Part shown: positions 51,592-63,923 of the stretch, one piece after another
How the letters are laid out: each line of letters opens with the position of its first letter
Numbering within the stretch: the stretch's first letter is position 1
NCBI GenBank assembly: GCA_951406725.2
Contig: OX597817.1
Coordinates: forward strand, 14,942,001-15,006,000
Source of the DNA: Octopus vulgaris
Lineage: Eukaryota
Direction: 5' to 3'
Length of the DNA: 64,000 nt
Position numbers and translations under genes: made by a program
The notes under the pieces: model-generated
Database searches by the model: none
Seen by the model: the letters and a program-made list of their open reading frames with translations, nothing else
What the model was told of the DNA's origin: nothing

Positions 51592-53812
51592 GACAGGCTT
51601 CTTTCAGTTTCCGTCTACCAAATCCACTCACAAGGCATTGGTCAGCCCGGGGCTATAGCAGAAGACACTTGCCCAAGATGCCTCGCAGTGGGACTGAACC
51701 CGGAACCATGTGGTTGGTTAGCAAGCTACTTACCACACAGCCACTCCCACTATATTATAGATATATTCTTCATTCTTACATTCATAGATATTTTTTGAGA
51801 TGTTTGGGTATCGTTAATAAATTTTACAATTAAACTTTTAAGAGAAGATAATGCAGCATAAGCATAAGATGACATTGCAATTAGTGAGAATTTCTTTCTA
51901 TAGAAATTGTAATTGAGTAAAGAATTCATTGAAAAAATAATGACTTGTTAACATGAAACACGTCTTTACTTCTTTTTACATGCTTTTCAAAGCCATAACC
52001 CATTATTTGACCCTCATAATTCTGGATATAATTATAAATTAGATGGAAAACTTCACAAAACTATTCAGAGTAGATTTAGTGTTGCACAATTAAACTGGAA
52101 GGAACACAAAATCCTTCTCAGAGATTTTTGCATATTTCACCATCTAACAGGTTATGTAGGTGTCCTGGTACTACTCCCATCTCTCTCTCTCTCTCTCTCT
52201 CTCACTCACACACACACACACACACACACTAGATCATTCCATATACATATCATCAGACATAAAGAAACAGGTCATTAGCAAAAGACTAAACCTCTTTCTG
52301 TCTGTCTATCTCTCTCTCTTTCAAAGACTTGTTTTGTTATGACCGTCTCTACTAACTTAATTATATAATCAATTGTTAACATGTACTGAGCATCAAAATG
52401 CTAATTAATAATTATATGGTAAACAAAAGACATTAGCATAAAGAGTCATGTTATTTTAATCATTTCGTCAAGTACAGGAGAAAACTTCCAGCATATTTCA
52501 AGTTTATTAGACCTCCTCAGCTAAGCACAACCTTCGCTCTACTTGTCAAAGTAGTGAAGATAAACATTAAGTAGATTTACCATAACGAACATGTTTAACC
52601 CTTTCGATACCAACCCGGCTGAAACCGGCTCTGGTTCTTTAATACAAATGTCTTGTTTTCATAAGTTTTGAATTAAAATCTTCCACCAAAACTTAGTCAC
52701 AATTTATGTTCCTAACACTAGCTTAATGATAACGAAGTTATTTTACTAAATTCTTTGTTACATTTAAAGTAATTGAAAGAAACACAGAGCATCTCAAAAT
52801 AAATACAGTAACGAAAGGGTTAAGCATGTATACCACCATATTAAAAAATAAACCAAGGAAATTACTCAGATGCTGTCTGCATATAGCTTCAGCTCTTTGC
52901 AGTTTCTTCCCTCTCATGCATCACTTTTTTTTCTGTGGTAATTAGTGCTTATCAATTCTTGATGCCAATATGTTTTAGAGTTCATTTGACCACCACAAAA
53001 GATGATGTTAAGTGTTTTTTATAGAGTGGCTTGGGGAAAGTTGTTAGCTATCAAGTGAAGCTAGTTATAGAATACAATTGGGTACAACATTCATCAATTT
53101 GGCAATATCCACTCTGCTGACAGCAATGAATTGTACCTTCATATGGTTTCTTTTTATAGTGAGATGGTTTTGGTCCCTGAGAGTTAAGTACCTCTGCCAG
53201 AGATACATACTACCATCATTTACCAGCACTGAAGCATTAACCCTATTGGCTCTATCTGCTGCAGTTGATCTGATTGTTTTATAATTAATGAATTAGTTTT
53301 GCAAATTACTTAGGTTCATATCACTCATGTGAAGAAAGTTACTGAGAAGGGACAATATTAAATTAAAAACATTTTCTCAATAAAAATTTTTTAGAAGGTT
53401 TTACAAGCCTTTCAATGATAAACTAGATCTCATTTTCAAACATTAATACTGCTTATATATGTAAAGTTGTCTGGTATAGGAATGAAGGTGATGAGCTCAC
53501 AATAATAAAGCCATGGGTCTGATTCCTGAACAAGGCAGCGCAGTGTCCTTGTATAGGGCACACATCATTTCACATTACTCCTGTTTTGTCAGCTGAATAC
53601 AGCCTTCTCTCTCTCACCAGCTGTTACATTTTCAGTGTCTCATCAGATAAAGGGTAGAGAGTCCAAGAGAGTATCTATGTTTATTCACTACAGTGGCACC
53701 TGAAACAAATAAGTGAAACCATGGTACAAGCTACCAAGACATATTCATTTGCAAGCGATGGTTAAGTATTTTATGTGTAAGAATTCAGTGTGTGTGTGTG
53801 TGCATGCATGTA

Positions 53813-55036
53813 TGGGTCATCCCATGAATAATGTGGGTTTTTTTATACTTTTATTTTTCAAAATTAAGATAAACAGAGTTCTTTTTTAATCTAAAATATG
53901 CTCTCTTTCATTTTCTACAATGCTTTTCTATCTATCTGGTAGACTTGCGAGGCCCCTCTCCCAAAGTTCACCTGTCCATGATGAAAACTACTTTCACTAC
54001 TGTTCTGACCTTGTCTACAGAATTCATATTTTTTCCACCAAAATGATTTTGAAGACTGCAGAATAAATGATAATCAAATGGGACAATGTCTGGCAAATAT
54101 GGTGGGTGGGGCATTATTTCCCATTCAAACTGCTCTGGTCTTTGGAATATCATCCTCGCTGTATGTGGCCAAGCATTATCCTGATGGAAGAACACCTTTT
54201 GTCTTGAAACCAAAGATGGTCGTTTTTCTTCTGGTGCTGACTTAAGCCACTCAAGCTGCTCACAGTAGATCTCCATTGTTATCATTTGGTTTGGGTCTAA
54301 AAGTTCAAAGTGGACTAAACCTTTCATATCCCACCAAACAGATAACAACACCTTACATGGGTGAAGACTTTCTTCAGCCTGGGGTGCCGGTGCTTCTCTT
54401 TTTCCTACCCACTGACTTCAGCACTTGACATTTTTATAGAGAACCCATTTCTCGTCACCAGTCACCATTCAGTCTAAAAAAGGTTCATTTGTGAGACATG
54501 ATAGCAAAGAATAACACACATTCACTCTCTGCCTGCAATTAGACTCGGAAAGTTTGTGAGGAACCCATTGACCCAATTTGCTGACCTTTTCAATGGCATG
54601 CGAGTGTCAGTGAATAGTTGAATGACCAAATCCAAGCTTCTCTGCTAGTTCCTCAACAGTTATGATGGGATTTTGTTCCACCAGAGTTTGCAGGACATCC
54701 TCGTCAAGCTCTGGAACCACCATTGACACTGGCTTACGTTTGTCCGATCCCCATATACTGCATTAATATTCCTCACACTTTCTGTTGTGTTGTTGCCTTT
54801 ATTGAACTCATAAAGTAAAATATGCTGAATATTCTCCTTGGTCACTTCTATTATAGCTTAAAAAAAATAACTGTTAAAATCGAACTGCACTCTTTGAAAC
54901 TTGCACTAAGAGTAAAATGCAAGGTAAAATTACTACTTGCTTTTATAGTAAGTTGATGCAGGTAGTTTATCCCACCCCCTCCAAGTTTTAGTTCATGCAC
55001 TTGAAAAAAAACCACATTATTTATCGGATGACCTAA
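53813..55036 (-). mobile_element. Near full-length decayed mariner
   Basis: TA-flanked TIRs (TGGGTCATCCCATGAATAATGTGG / CCACATTATTTATCGGATGACCTAA); transposase motifs WVPH, VTGDEKW, HQDNAWPH, HPPYLPDIVPFDYHLF; frameshifted. A 5' fragment of the same family lies at about 39490-39752. Confidence 0.9.
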
Positions 55037-55835
55037 TATATATAATATGAATATGTGTGAGCAAAGGCATGATTGAGTATTTAAGAAATTCTCTTCACCA
55101 TTATGAAATTTTCACTGCAATAACCTCAGGTCATCCTAGTACTGTGATTGAAATATAGTAGAAAGAAACTTTAAAAACCAATTAGATAGATTGTACCTCT
55201 AATTCAAATGGTTTACCCACACACACATGCTGATTCTCCCTAAGGATTACATTAACCCTTTAGCATTTAAACTAGCCATTTCCAGCCCAAATATTCTACG
55301 TGTTTTATGTTCATACCAGCCAGATCCAGCCTCTAACACATCATCATCATCGTTTAACATCCGTTTTTCATGCTAGCATGGGTTGGACGGTTTGACTGGA
55401 GTCTGGGAAGCCAGGAGGCTGCACCAGGCTCCAGTCTGATCTGGCAGTGTTTCTACAGCTGGATGCCCTTCCTAACGTCAACAACTCCAAGAGTGTAGTG
55501 GGTGCTTTTTACATGCCACAGGCACAGGGGCCAGGGGAAGCTGACAACGGCTACAATCGGTTGGTGCCTTTTGCATGCCACTGGCACAGAAGCCAGTCAT
55601 GGCGGTGCTGGCATTGGCCACGTTTGAATGGTGCTTTTTACGTGCCACCGGCACGGGTATCACAACTACAATTTCTACACTACAATGTCATTCTGAAAAT
55701 AAATGATCAAATTATGATAATGCATGGTCATTAAGTTAATGCACGATTAATTCAAAATGATGTTAATAAATAAGCCTTACGTGTGATTGTGGAATCTGAT
55801 TGCTAAAGGGTTAAGAATACTGTACCACTTGTACT

Positions 55836-56229
55836 GATGGATGGAAGCACTCCGTCGGTTACGACGACGAGGGTTCCGGTTGATCCGAATCAACGGAACA
55901 GCCTGCTCGTGAAATTAACGTGTAAGTGGCTGAGCACTCCACAGACACATGTACCCTTAACGTAGTTCTTGGGGATATTCAGCGTGACACAGAGAGTGAC
56001 AAGGCCGGCCCTTTGAAATACAGGTACAACAGAAACAGGAAGTAAGAGTGAGAGAAAGTTGTGGTGAAAGAGTACAGCAGGGATCACCACCATCCCCTGC
56101 CGGAGCCTCGTGGAGCTTTTTAGGTGTTTTCGCTCAATAAACACTCACAATGCCCAGTCTGGGAATCGAAACTGCAATCCTATGACCCCGAGTCCACTGC
56201 CCTAACCACTGGGTCATTGCGCCTCCTCA
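55836..56229 (-). mobile_element. SINE family C, second copy
   Basis: Reverse complement of 14399-14784; 12-bp TSD ACCACTTGTACT at 55824-55835 and 56230-56241. Confidence 0.88.
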
Positions 56230-56472
56230 ACCACTTGTACTATAATTCAATAAATAGATAGCTTAGTTGATTAAAACACTGGAATATTAATCTTCAGGCA
56301 GACAGAAGACCTATAAACTCTGTGTGTGTACATGCGTGCATGCATTCTTGTATTACAGTTGTAAGTAATATGAAAGTTATCATGCACATATCCAGTATCT
56401 ACAATAAATCTTTTTTTTTTTTTTTTTCTGCAATTCTTTTAGCTTCAGTTTTAAATTTTGCTTTTGTTTCAG

Positions 56473-56754
56473 TGCCTGGCGATTTACGACCGATTCGGTC
56501 GTCTAATGTATGGTAGCGAAAATCTTGTAAAAGATGTTTTGGAATATGTTGTATTCGAAAATCACATATCAAACATATATGGCCAGTGGAGAATTCACGG
56601 GAAGATAATTCCGGATTGGATGCCACCTAGAGACCCTATCCTTCGAACATATCAATTGCCTAAATTTGAACCCATTGAAGAGGATGTAGAAAACAATGAA
56701 GAAAACAATGAAGAGGATTCTAAAGAAAATCAACAGCAACATGCAACTGTCTAA
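56473..56754 (+). CDS. MRPL45: MRPL45 exon 8 (terminal)
   Basis: tttcag| acceptor; [49 protein letters not shown]..., where [13 protein letters not shown] and [10 protein letters not shown] are diagnostic of mL45; acidic tail; TAA stop. Confidence 0.96.
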   Translation, partial: CLAIYDRFGRLMYGSENLVKDVLEYVVFENHISNIYGQWRIHGKIIPDWMPPRDPILRTYQLPKFEPIEEDVENNEENNEEDSKENQQQHATV

Positions 56755-56796
56755 TCTGAGAGACTTTCAATTAGTGACAACTTTTTTTTATGCTTT

Positions 56797-56802
56797 AATA
56801 AA
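56797..56802 (+). terminator. Candidate polyadenylation signal of MRPL45
   Basis: AATAAA about 43 nt after the stop codon, followed by T/GT-rich sequence. Confidence 0.6.
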
Positions 56803-57285
56803 TAGAATTTAATTTATTACATCTATGTTTTATGTTATTTTTAATTGCTTGATTTTAGTTTCCAGGTAAGTAAATTGTAATACCCTCTCTTTACTCTTTT
56901 ACTCTTTTCAGTCATTTGACTGCGGCCATGCTGGAACACCGCCTTTAGTCGAGCAAATCGACCCCGGGACTTATTATTTGTAAGCCCAGTACTTATTCTA
57001 TCGGTCTCTTTTGCCAAACCGCTAAGTGACGGGGACATAAACACACCAGCATCGGTTGTCAAGCAATGCTAGGGGGACAAACACAGACACACAAACACAC
57101 ATACATAAATATATACATATATATACGACGGGCTTCTTTCAGTTTCCATCTACCAAATCCACTCACAAGGCTTTGGTCGGCCCGAGGCTATAGCAGAAGA
57201 CACTTGCCCAAGATGCCACGCAGTGGGACTGAACCAAGAACCATGTGGTTCGTAAGCAAGCTACTTACCACACAGCCACTCCTGC

Positions 57286-57636
57286 GAAGGCAAAGGTATT
57301 GTTTTCAGTCATGTTCATCTGTTTGTTTGTCCGTGGACGAGATATCTCAAGACCCACTTGATGGATTCAGATGAAACTTTCGGGGATGTTTGGCCTTGTG
57401 ACCGGCATGAACTGATTAGATTTTGGGATCAATCCGGTACCGAACAAGGATTCTTGATTATTTTTCTGATTTTTTTTACTTAATTTTTGAGAGCACTTGG
57501 GTTCATTTTTAATATTCTCGTTTGTGTGAGCAGTCGAGTTTATTTCAGATATTCTTATTTTAAAAATCATTTCCAGCTAATCATTGAGGGGACATTTGTG
57601 TTGCCTTAGTGGGTGTTTGTTCTCTCTGAGTGCTCT
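57286..57636 (+). mobile_element. Helentron/DINE-1-like non-autonomous element
   Basis: GGTATTGTTTTC...GTTTGTTTGTC...GATGAAACTTT...GATTAGATTTTGGG...CTCTCTGAGTGCTCT pattern; 5' end appears interrupted by a family A SINE. Confidence 0.45.
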
Positions 57637-57667
57637 TATTATTATTATCATTATTATTATTATTATT

Positions 57668-58910
57668 CTATGTTTGACTTTTGCTTTATATTTGTACAAA
57701 GTTGGCTCCAAGTCTCACCCAGAGACCTCAAGAGACAACAGGGTTGGAAGTTCATGTTGTTGTTATGCCTAGTGTGCCATATATTTGGGGGTGGGGGTGT
57801 TGTACTAATGAATGTCTAAAAAAAAGTGTTTTTTTTTTTTTTTAAACCGAAAATTATGTTTGTTTTAAACCTTGAGATTACATAGAAAGTATTTTGCGTA
57901 GGATATGAGCAGTTCCCATGAGCACTATCTTTTGAATTTCTGCCATATTTGGGTTTCCTGGGATCTGAGTTAGGTAGCTATCAGCCCCTTTTGCTATCAT
58001 TCCCAGGGCACCTATGACAACAGGTATTGTTTTAGTCTTCAGCTTCCACATTTTGCTGATTTCTATTTCAAGATCTTTATATTTGCTCAGTTTTTGGTAG
58101 GTCTTGACAGATACGTTTATATCGATTGGGACAGTCATATCAATGAGGTGGCATGTTCTTTGTTTGAAGTCTTTCAATATGATGTCTGGCCTATTTGCAT
58201 CTATCTTTCTGTCAGTTTGAATGGTGAAGTTCCAGAGGAGTGAGATGTGGTCATTTTTAAGCACTGGGGGTGGTTTGTGTTCCCACCAGTTTTTTTCATG
58301 GGACAAATCCAGGTTTTTACAGATTACCCAGTGAATATATTATGCAGCTCTATCGTGCCTGTTGAGATACTCTGTAGGCGCTAGAAGACTGCACTTGGAG
58401 ACCACATGGTCAATGGTTTCATTTTGTTGCTTGCATACACGACACGTTGGACTGCTTCTGATCTTTAATATGTTGGCCTGGTAGTTTCTTGTTGGTAGGC
58501 ATTGATCTTGAGCTGCTATGATAAACCCCTCTGTTTCAGATTTTAAGCCAGAGGCCATTAGCCATTGATGGGTCAGGGCTTTGTCAACATCTGCATTATT
58601 TGCTCTCTTTGGGTATTTGCCATAGAGAGGTTTTTCTTGCCATTTATCATTCAGAATATCTAAGGCCGCAGATTTAGCACAGGTTTTCATGCGCTTAGCT
58701 TTTTCTGTGCCTGTTTCTTGTATGTCTATCTCTAATTCCGAAATTTGTTGTATTCGGAATTCACTTAGATATTCCTTTGCCTGTTTTGTTACTGAGTATG
58801 ATGCTTTCTTGTTTTCATGTTTTGAGACAAGTTTTAACATCCAGTCCTCAGAGTTTTTCAGGTAGGTGTCTAGGCCAATTGTAGCAATCTTCATTGTTAT
58901 TGCCAGTTGT
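57668..58910 (-). mobile_element. Young 5'-truncated R4/Dong-clade LINE (CCHC knuckle plus restriction-like endonuclease)
   Basis: SETEGFIIAAQDQ...CRVCKQQNETIDHVVSKC...RHD, a single in-frame stop, then RPDII...IDMTVP...KLSKYKDL...PVVIGALG; (TAA)n tracts on both sides. Confidence 0.92.
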
Positions 58911-58911
58911 A

Positions 58912-58965
<54 letters not shown>

Positions 58966-59356
58966 AGGTGGGGAGCTGGCAGAATCATTAACACATCAGA
59001 CAAAATGCTTCATGGCATTTGCCATGTCTTTTTATTCTGAGTTCAAATTCTGTTGAGGTTGACTTTGCCTTTCTTCCTTTCAGGGTGAATAAAATAAGTA
59101 CCAGTTGAACACTGAAGGCAAAGTAATCAACTTACGCCTACCCCTAAAACTGCTGGCCTTATACCAAAATTTTAAACTATTATTATTATATAGGAGTGGC
59201 TGTGTGGTAAGTAGCTTGCTTACCAACCACATGGTGTTCGGGTTCAGTCCCACTGCTTGGCACCTTTGGCAAGTGTCTTCTACAATAGCCTCGTGCTGAC
59301 CAAAGCCTTGTGATTGGATTTGGTTGACAGAAACTGAAAGAAGCCCGTTGTATATA

Positions 59357-59401
<45 letters not shown>

Positions 59402-60393
59402 GTGTGTCTGTGTTTGTCCCCCCCAACATTACTTGACAACCGATGCTGGTGTGTTTACGTCCCTGTAACTTAGCGGTTCAGCAAAAGGGACCGATAGAAT
59501 AAGTACTTGGCTTACAAAGAATAAGTTCTGGGGTCGATTTGTTTGACTAAAGGCGGTGCTCCAGCATGGCCACAGTCAAATGACTGAAACAAGTAAAAGA
59601 GTAAGGTAGGGAACTGGCAGAATTGTTACCATACTGGTCAAGATGCTCAACAGCATTTTTTCCAGCTTTATGGTCAAAGTTTTATTTTCACCAAGTTCAA
59701 TTTTACCTTTCATGCTTCTGGGTCAGTAAAATAAGTGCCAATAATGCACCGGGGTCAATGTAATTGACTGGCCCCTCCCCTCAAAATTTCATGCTTTGTG
59801 CCTATGGAAAGAAGAATTATTTTTACTAATATAATTATTATTATTTGAGTTTTACATTTGAATTAATTTCACAGCAAACAGAATATCTCTAATCCATAAC
59901 TTCACTCATTCTTGTACATAGACTTTCATACTTTTATTTCCCAGCCATTATCTTATTCCATCCAGTTTCTGTTTATATTAGATATTTAATTAGTTATAGC
60001 CCGTAATAACACTTAGAAAATTATGGAAACCAGAGTCTGAGTAGTGGGGGGAACTAGTGATAGGTAGTGTCAGGAAGTTCGAATAAGTCTGAAAGTTCAG
60101 AATTTCGATATTTTGAGTGTGAAGCTCTTTGTTGGGGAAGAAGGGAATTTTTCTTTTTAATTTCTATAATAATATTTAAATTACTATTTGTTTATTTTAT
60201 TCATGCACATGTTATGTTATCTGTTTCTGTCATGCAGGTTCTCTAGAAGCAAATGTTTAACTCAAAGCATTAGAGCAACGTTGAGGTCTGTGAATCAATA
60301 TTAATGGTTGGGAACATATATACATATGTGTGTGTGTGTGTCGTCTGTATGTATCTCTTTCTTTCTTTCTCCCCCTTCTCTCTCTCTCTCTCT

Positions 60394-60462
<69 letters not shown>

Positions 60463-60592
60463 AGCACACACATAATTACATATATGTAATATATATATAC
60501 ATGCACACACAATTACATATATGTAATATATATATATACGTTTAAATGTTTGTTGTGCAAGATTTTTTATGTGAAGTCGTGTGTTGAAACAG

Positions 60593-61127
60593 ATATTGTT
60601 ATATTTCGGAATGGTCATATTGCCAGTTTAGCCAATAAAAACACACGCACTATATATTTGGTGTTATTTTGCTTCAGTGTTATTTATACAAACTTACAAG
60701 CATATGTAATGATAATAATAAGTGGATGTAAACACATGAACAAAATAAGAATAAACAAAAACAACAAAAACAAAATACAAATTACATGAACGTGTATAAA
60801 CAGACGATACAAATATTACAGGCATCCCCCCACATCCACACACTAAATAAACATAGACGCACATAGAGATATAAGCATGCGCAAATGAAGACATACAATA
60901 GAAATACAAAATGGCTGACGGTTAGTAAGGAGAAACACAAATAAGAAAGAAGAAAACAAAGGACCACTGATGCGGTCACAGGAATGTGACGAAAGAACTC
61001 TGGCCGAAATAAGATTAAGATTAATGTAAAAAATAAATAACACTGAAGCAAAATAACACCAAATATATAGTGCATGTGTTTTTATTGGCTAAACTGGCAA
61101 AATGACCATTCCGAAATATAACAATAT
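60593..61127. mobile_element. Non-autonomous element with 95-bp terminal inverted repeats enclosing a hammerhead-like motif (Penelope-like)
   Basis: 60593-60687 is a near-perfect reverse complement of 61033-61127; lies in TA-microsatellite-rich sequence. Confidence 0.7.
60961..61005 (+). ncRNA. Degenerate minimal hammerhead motif
   Basis: GGACCA-CUGAUGC-G-GUCACA-GGAA-UGUGAC-GAA-A-GAAC-U-C-UGGCC: perfect 6-bp stem II, A9 replaced by C, imperfect stem I. Confidence 0.5.
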
Positions 61128-61140
61128 ATATATATATATA

Positions 61141-62363
61141 ATAATGTTCGTACTTCGGTTCGAAGATGACCAACTGACATCATCTGATGGAACTGCTGCC
61201 ATGAGACCTGAGGTGGCTGGTGAGGCCAATCCGGGCAAGGAAGCCCCTCCCAGAAGTGGGTAGGGGCCGTGCTACTGGTGCAGGCGGCTCTGGCTTTACG
61301 CATCTGACGTTTCTGCTCCGCTGACCGAATCCGTCCCTCCTCGGCTGTCCCTGCTCCCACGGTGATTGCGCTGCGCCAGGATGAGCGGTTGGCAGCAAGT
61401 GTCTCCCAGGTCTCTGTTCCGATGGAGAAGTCTTTGAGAGAGACCTTGAGACTATCCTTGTAGCGCTTCTTCTGCCCTCCGACTTTGCGCCTGCCCTGGC
61501 CGAGTTCACCGTAGAAGAGCTGTTTTGGGATGCAAGTGTTGGACATGCGGGAGACGTGGCCCGCCCATCTCAGCTGGGCCTTGCGCATGATTGTGATGGT
61601 GCTAGGGAGATCTGCCTGCTTCAGAACTTCCGTGTCTGGGACTTTGTCCTGCCAGCGGATGTGAAGGAGGTTCCGAAGACACCTGAGATGGAAGTGGTTT
61701 ATCTGGCGCTCGTGCCTTTGGTAAGCAGTCCACGTCTCGCAGCCGTATAGTAGGGTGGTAAGCACGACTGCCCGGTAGACTTTCAGCTTGGTGTTGAGGC
61801 TGATTCCTCTCCGCTCCCAGACTTTCTTTCGCAGTCTCCCAAACGCGCTGCTTGCCTTGGAGATTCTGTTGTTGGTTTCAGCATCTATGTTGGCATTGCA
61901 GGAGAGAGTGCTGCCCAGGTAGGTGAAGTTTTCCACCACTCGTAGGATCCGTCCGTTCACCCTTATCTGAGGCTCATGGTATTGTTTGCCGGGGGCTGGC
62001 TGAAACATCACTTCGGTTTTCTTGGCACTGATGGTGAGACCGAAGTTGTCACAGGCTGATGAGAACCTGTCCATCTCGAGCTGCATCTCCTGCTCATCGA
62101 TTGCATTAAGGGCGCAGTCGTCAGCAAAGAGAAAGTCTCTGACGACTGTCTCCCTCACCTTTGTGACAGCCTGCAATCTTCTGGAGTTGAAAAGTTTCCC
62201 GTCTGTCCTGTACTTGATGTCGATACCGGACTTGCAGTCCCTAAAGGCGTCGGACAGCATTGCCGAGAACATGATGCTGAACAGTGTTGGGGCCAGGACA
62301 CAGCCCTGCCTGACTCTGTTGGTCACCTGGAAGGCTTCAGATGAGTTGCCGTCTTCAAGGACG
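61141..62363 (-). mobile_element. Young 5'-truncated RTE (BovB-like) LINE, RT C-terminal half
   Basis: Open frame VRQGCVLAPTLF...FLFADD...FTYLGS...LLYGCETW...LRWAGHV...; remnant C-terminal Zn finger GRGFLARIGLTSHLRSH after a frameshift; much higher GC than the flanks. Confidence 0.93.
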
Positions 62364-63036
62364 TATATCGCATATACGTGTATATGTGAATATACATATA
62401 TATGTATATTATGTAAGGCGGCAAGCTGGCAGAAACGTTAGCACGCCAGGCGAAATGCTTAACGGTATTTCGTCTGTCATTATGTTCTGAGTTCAAATTC
62501 TGCCGAGGTCGACTTTGCCTTTCATCCTCTCGGGGTCGATAAATAAAGTACCAGTTTCGCACTAGGTCGATGTAATCGGCTTAATCCCTTTGTTTGTCCC
62601 CTCTATGTTTAGCCTACTGTGGGTAGTAAAGAAACATATATGTATATTATATATATGTATGTGTATATATATACACACACACACACATTCATATTCTAAT
62701 TTTAGCATAACACTAACAATTTTGAGGGGAAGGGGAAGTCAATTACATTGATCAATTACAGTGCTCAGTTGGTATATGTTTTATCAACCCCAAAAGGATA
62801 AAAGATAGAGTTGACTTCAGCTGCATTTGAACTCAGAACATAAAGAGCTGCAAAAAATGCCACTTGGCATTTTGCCTGGCATAGAAACAATTCTGCCAGT
62901 TTGTGTGTATATATGCTTAATTTTGTGTTGTTTTACTATTTACTTCCCATTTGCCTTCTATTGGTCTTCCTTATCAAATCTCATTAAACAGTGCACAGTA
63001 TATCTATGAATGTGTGCATATAGATTGCTGTATATA

Positions 63037-63923
63037 TCTTTATATATAAAAGTGAAGTTGTGTGTCTGTCTCCTACGATTTAGATTCCTAACTACTCCCA
63101 CATTTTGCGGTGCAGTTTAACCAAAACCAGGTATCTTATAGTCGTGATTCATATCGAGCCCGTCTGAGTATTAGCGCGCGTCTACAATGAGTCTACGATT
63201 TTTAAAATAATTTAACATCATTTTTTATTCCATTTTAATGCATAATTTTTCGTGTATCGATGGCGGCGGAGTTGGCGTCCATGGTCACACCTGCACCTGT
63301 TTGCTTCTCCCCCTTCCTCCCGCCCTCGTGAAGCTGTGGGGAAGGGAGTGTAAGGAAATCAACGTCGTAAAGCGTTGTCAAGGAGACCAGCATTCTTTTA
63401 GAACAACGACTTCATGGCTTGAAGACACCAAAACAGAAATGGCTAAGAAAGCCCGAATTGGCATCTATAAGGGAAGTAACTCTCTAAAAATGCTTATATA
63501 GTTATTTCCCTTACAAACCCGAGCAACGCCGGGCAATACTGCTAGTCTTTATATATAAAAGTAAGCTTATGTGTCTTTCTCCTACGATTTAGATTCCTAA
63601 CTACTCCCACATTTTGCGGTGCAGTTTAACCAAAAGCGGGTATCTTATAGTCGTGATTCATATTGAGCCCTTCTGGGTATTAGCACGCATCTACGATTTA
63701 AAAAAAAATTTACCATCATTTTTTTCCATTTTAATGCATTTTTTTCGCTATTATATAAGGGAAGTAACCCTCTAAAAATATCTAGGATGAGTTAACGATT
63801 TTTAAAAAAAGTTACCATAAGTTTTTTTTTCCATTTTTTTGCTATTTTTTGGCTATAACTCTCTAAAAATGCTTTATAGTTATTTCCCTTACAAACCCGA
63901 GCAACGCCAGGCGATACTGCTAG
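63037..63923 (+). mobile_element. Head-to-tail Helitron dimer (63037-63545 and 63546-63923)
   Basis: A|TCTTTATATATAAAAG...CCCGAGCAACGCCGGG...CTAG|TCTTTATATATAAAAG...CTAG|T; no TSD. Confidence 0.88.

Noticed and set aside
52487-52525. Minus-strand CUGAGGA...GAAA hammerhead-like motif
   Set aside because: Stem II pairs poorly and position 17 is G; could be a decayed copy but cannot be supported.
60257-60545. YI-repeat ORFs
   Set aside because: Translations of (TA)n and (CT)n microsatellites.
62022-62441. 139-aa + strand ORF
   Set aside because: Antisense shadow of the GC-rich RTE reverse transcriptase frame.
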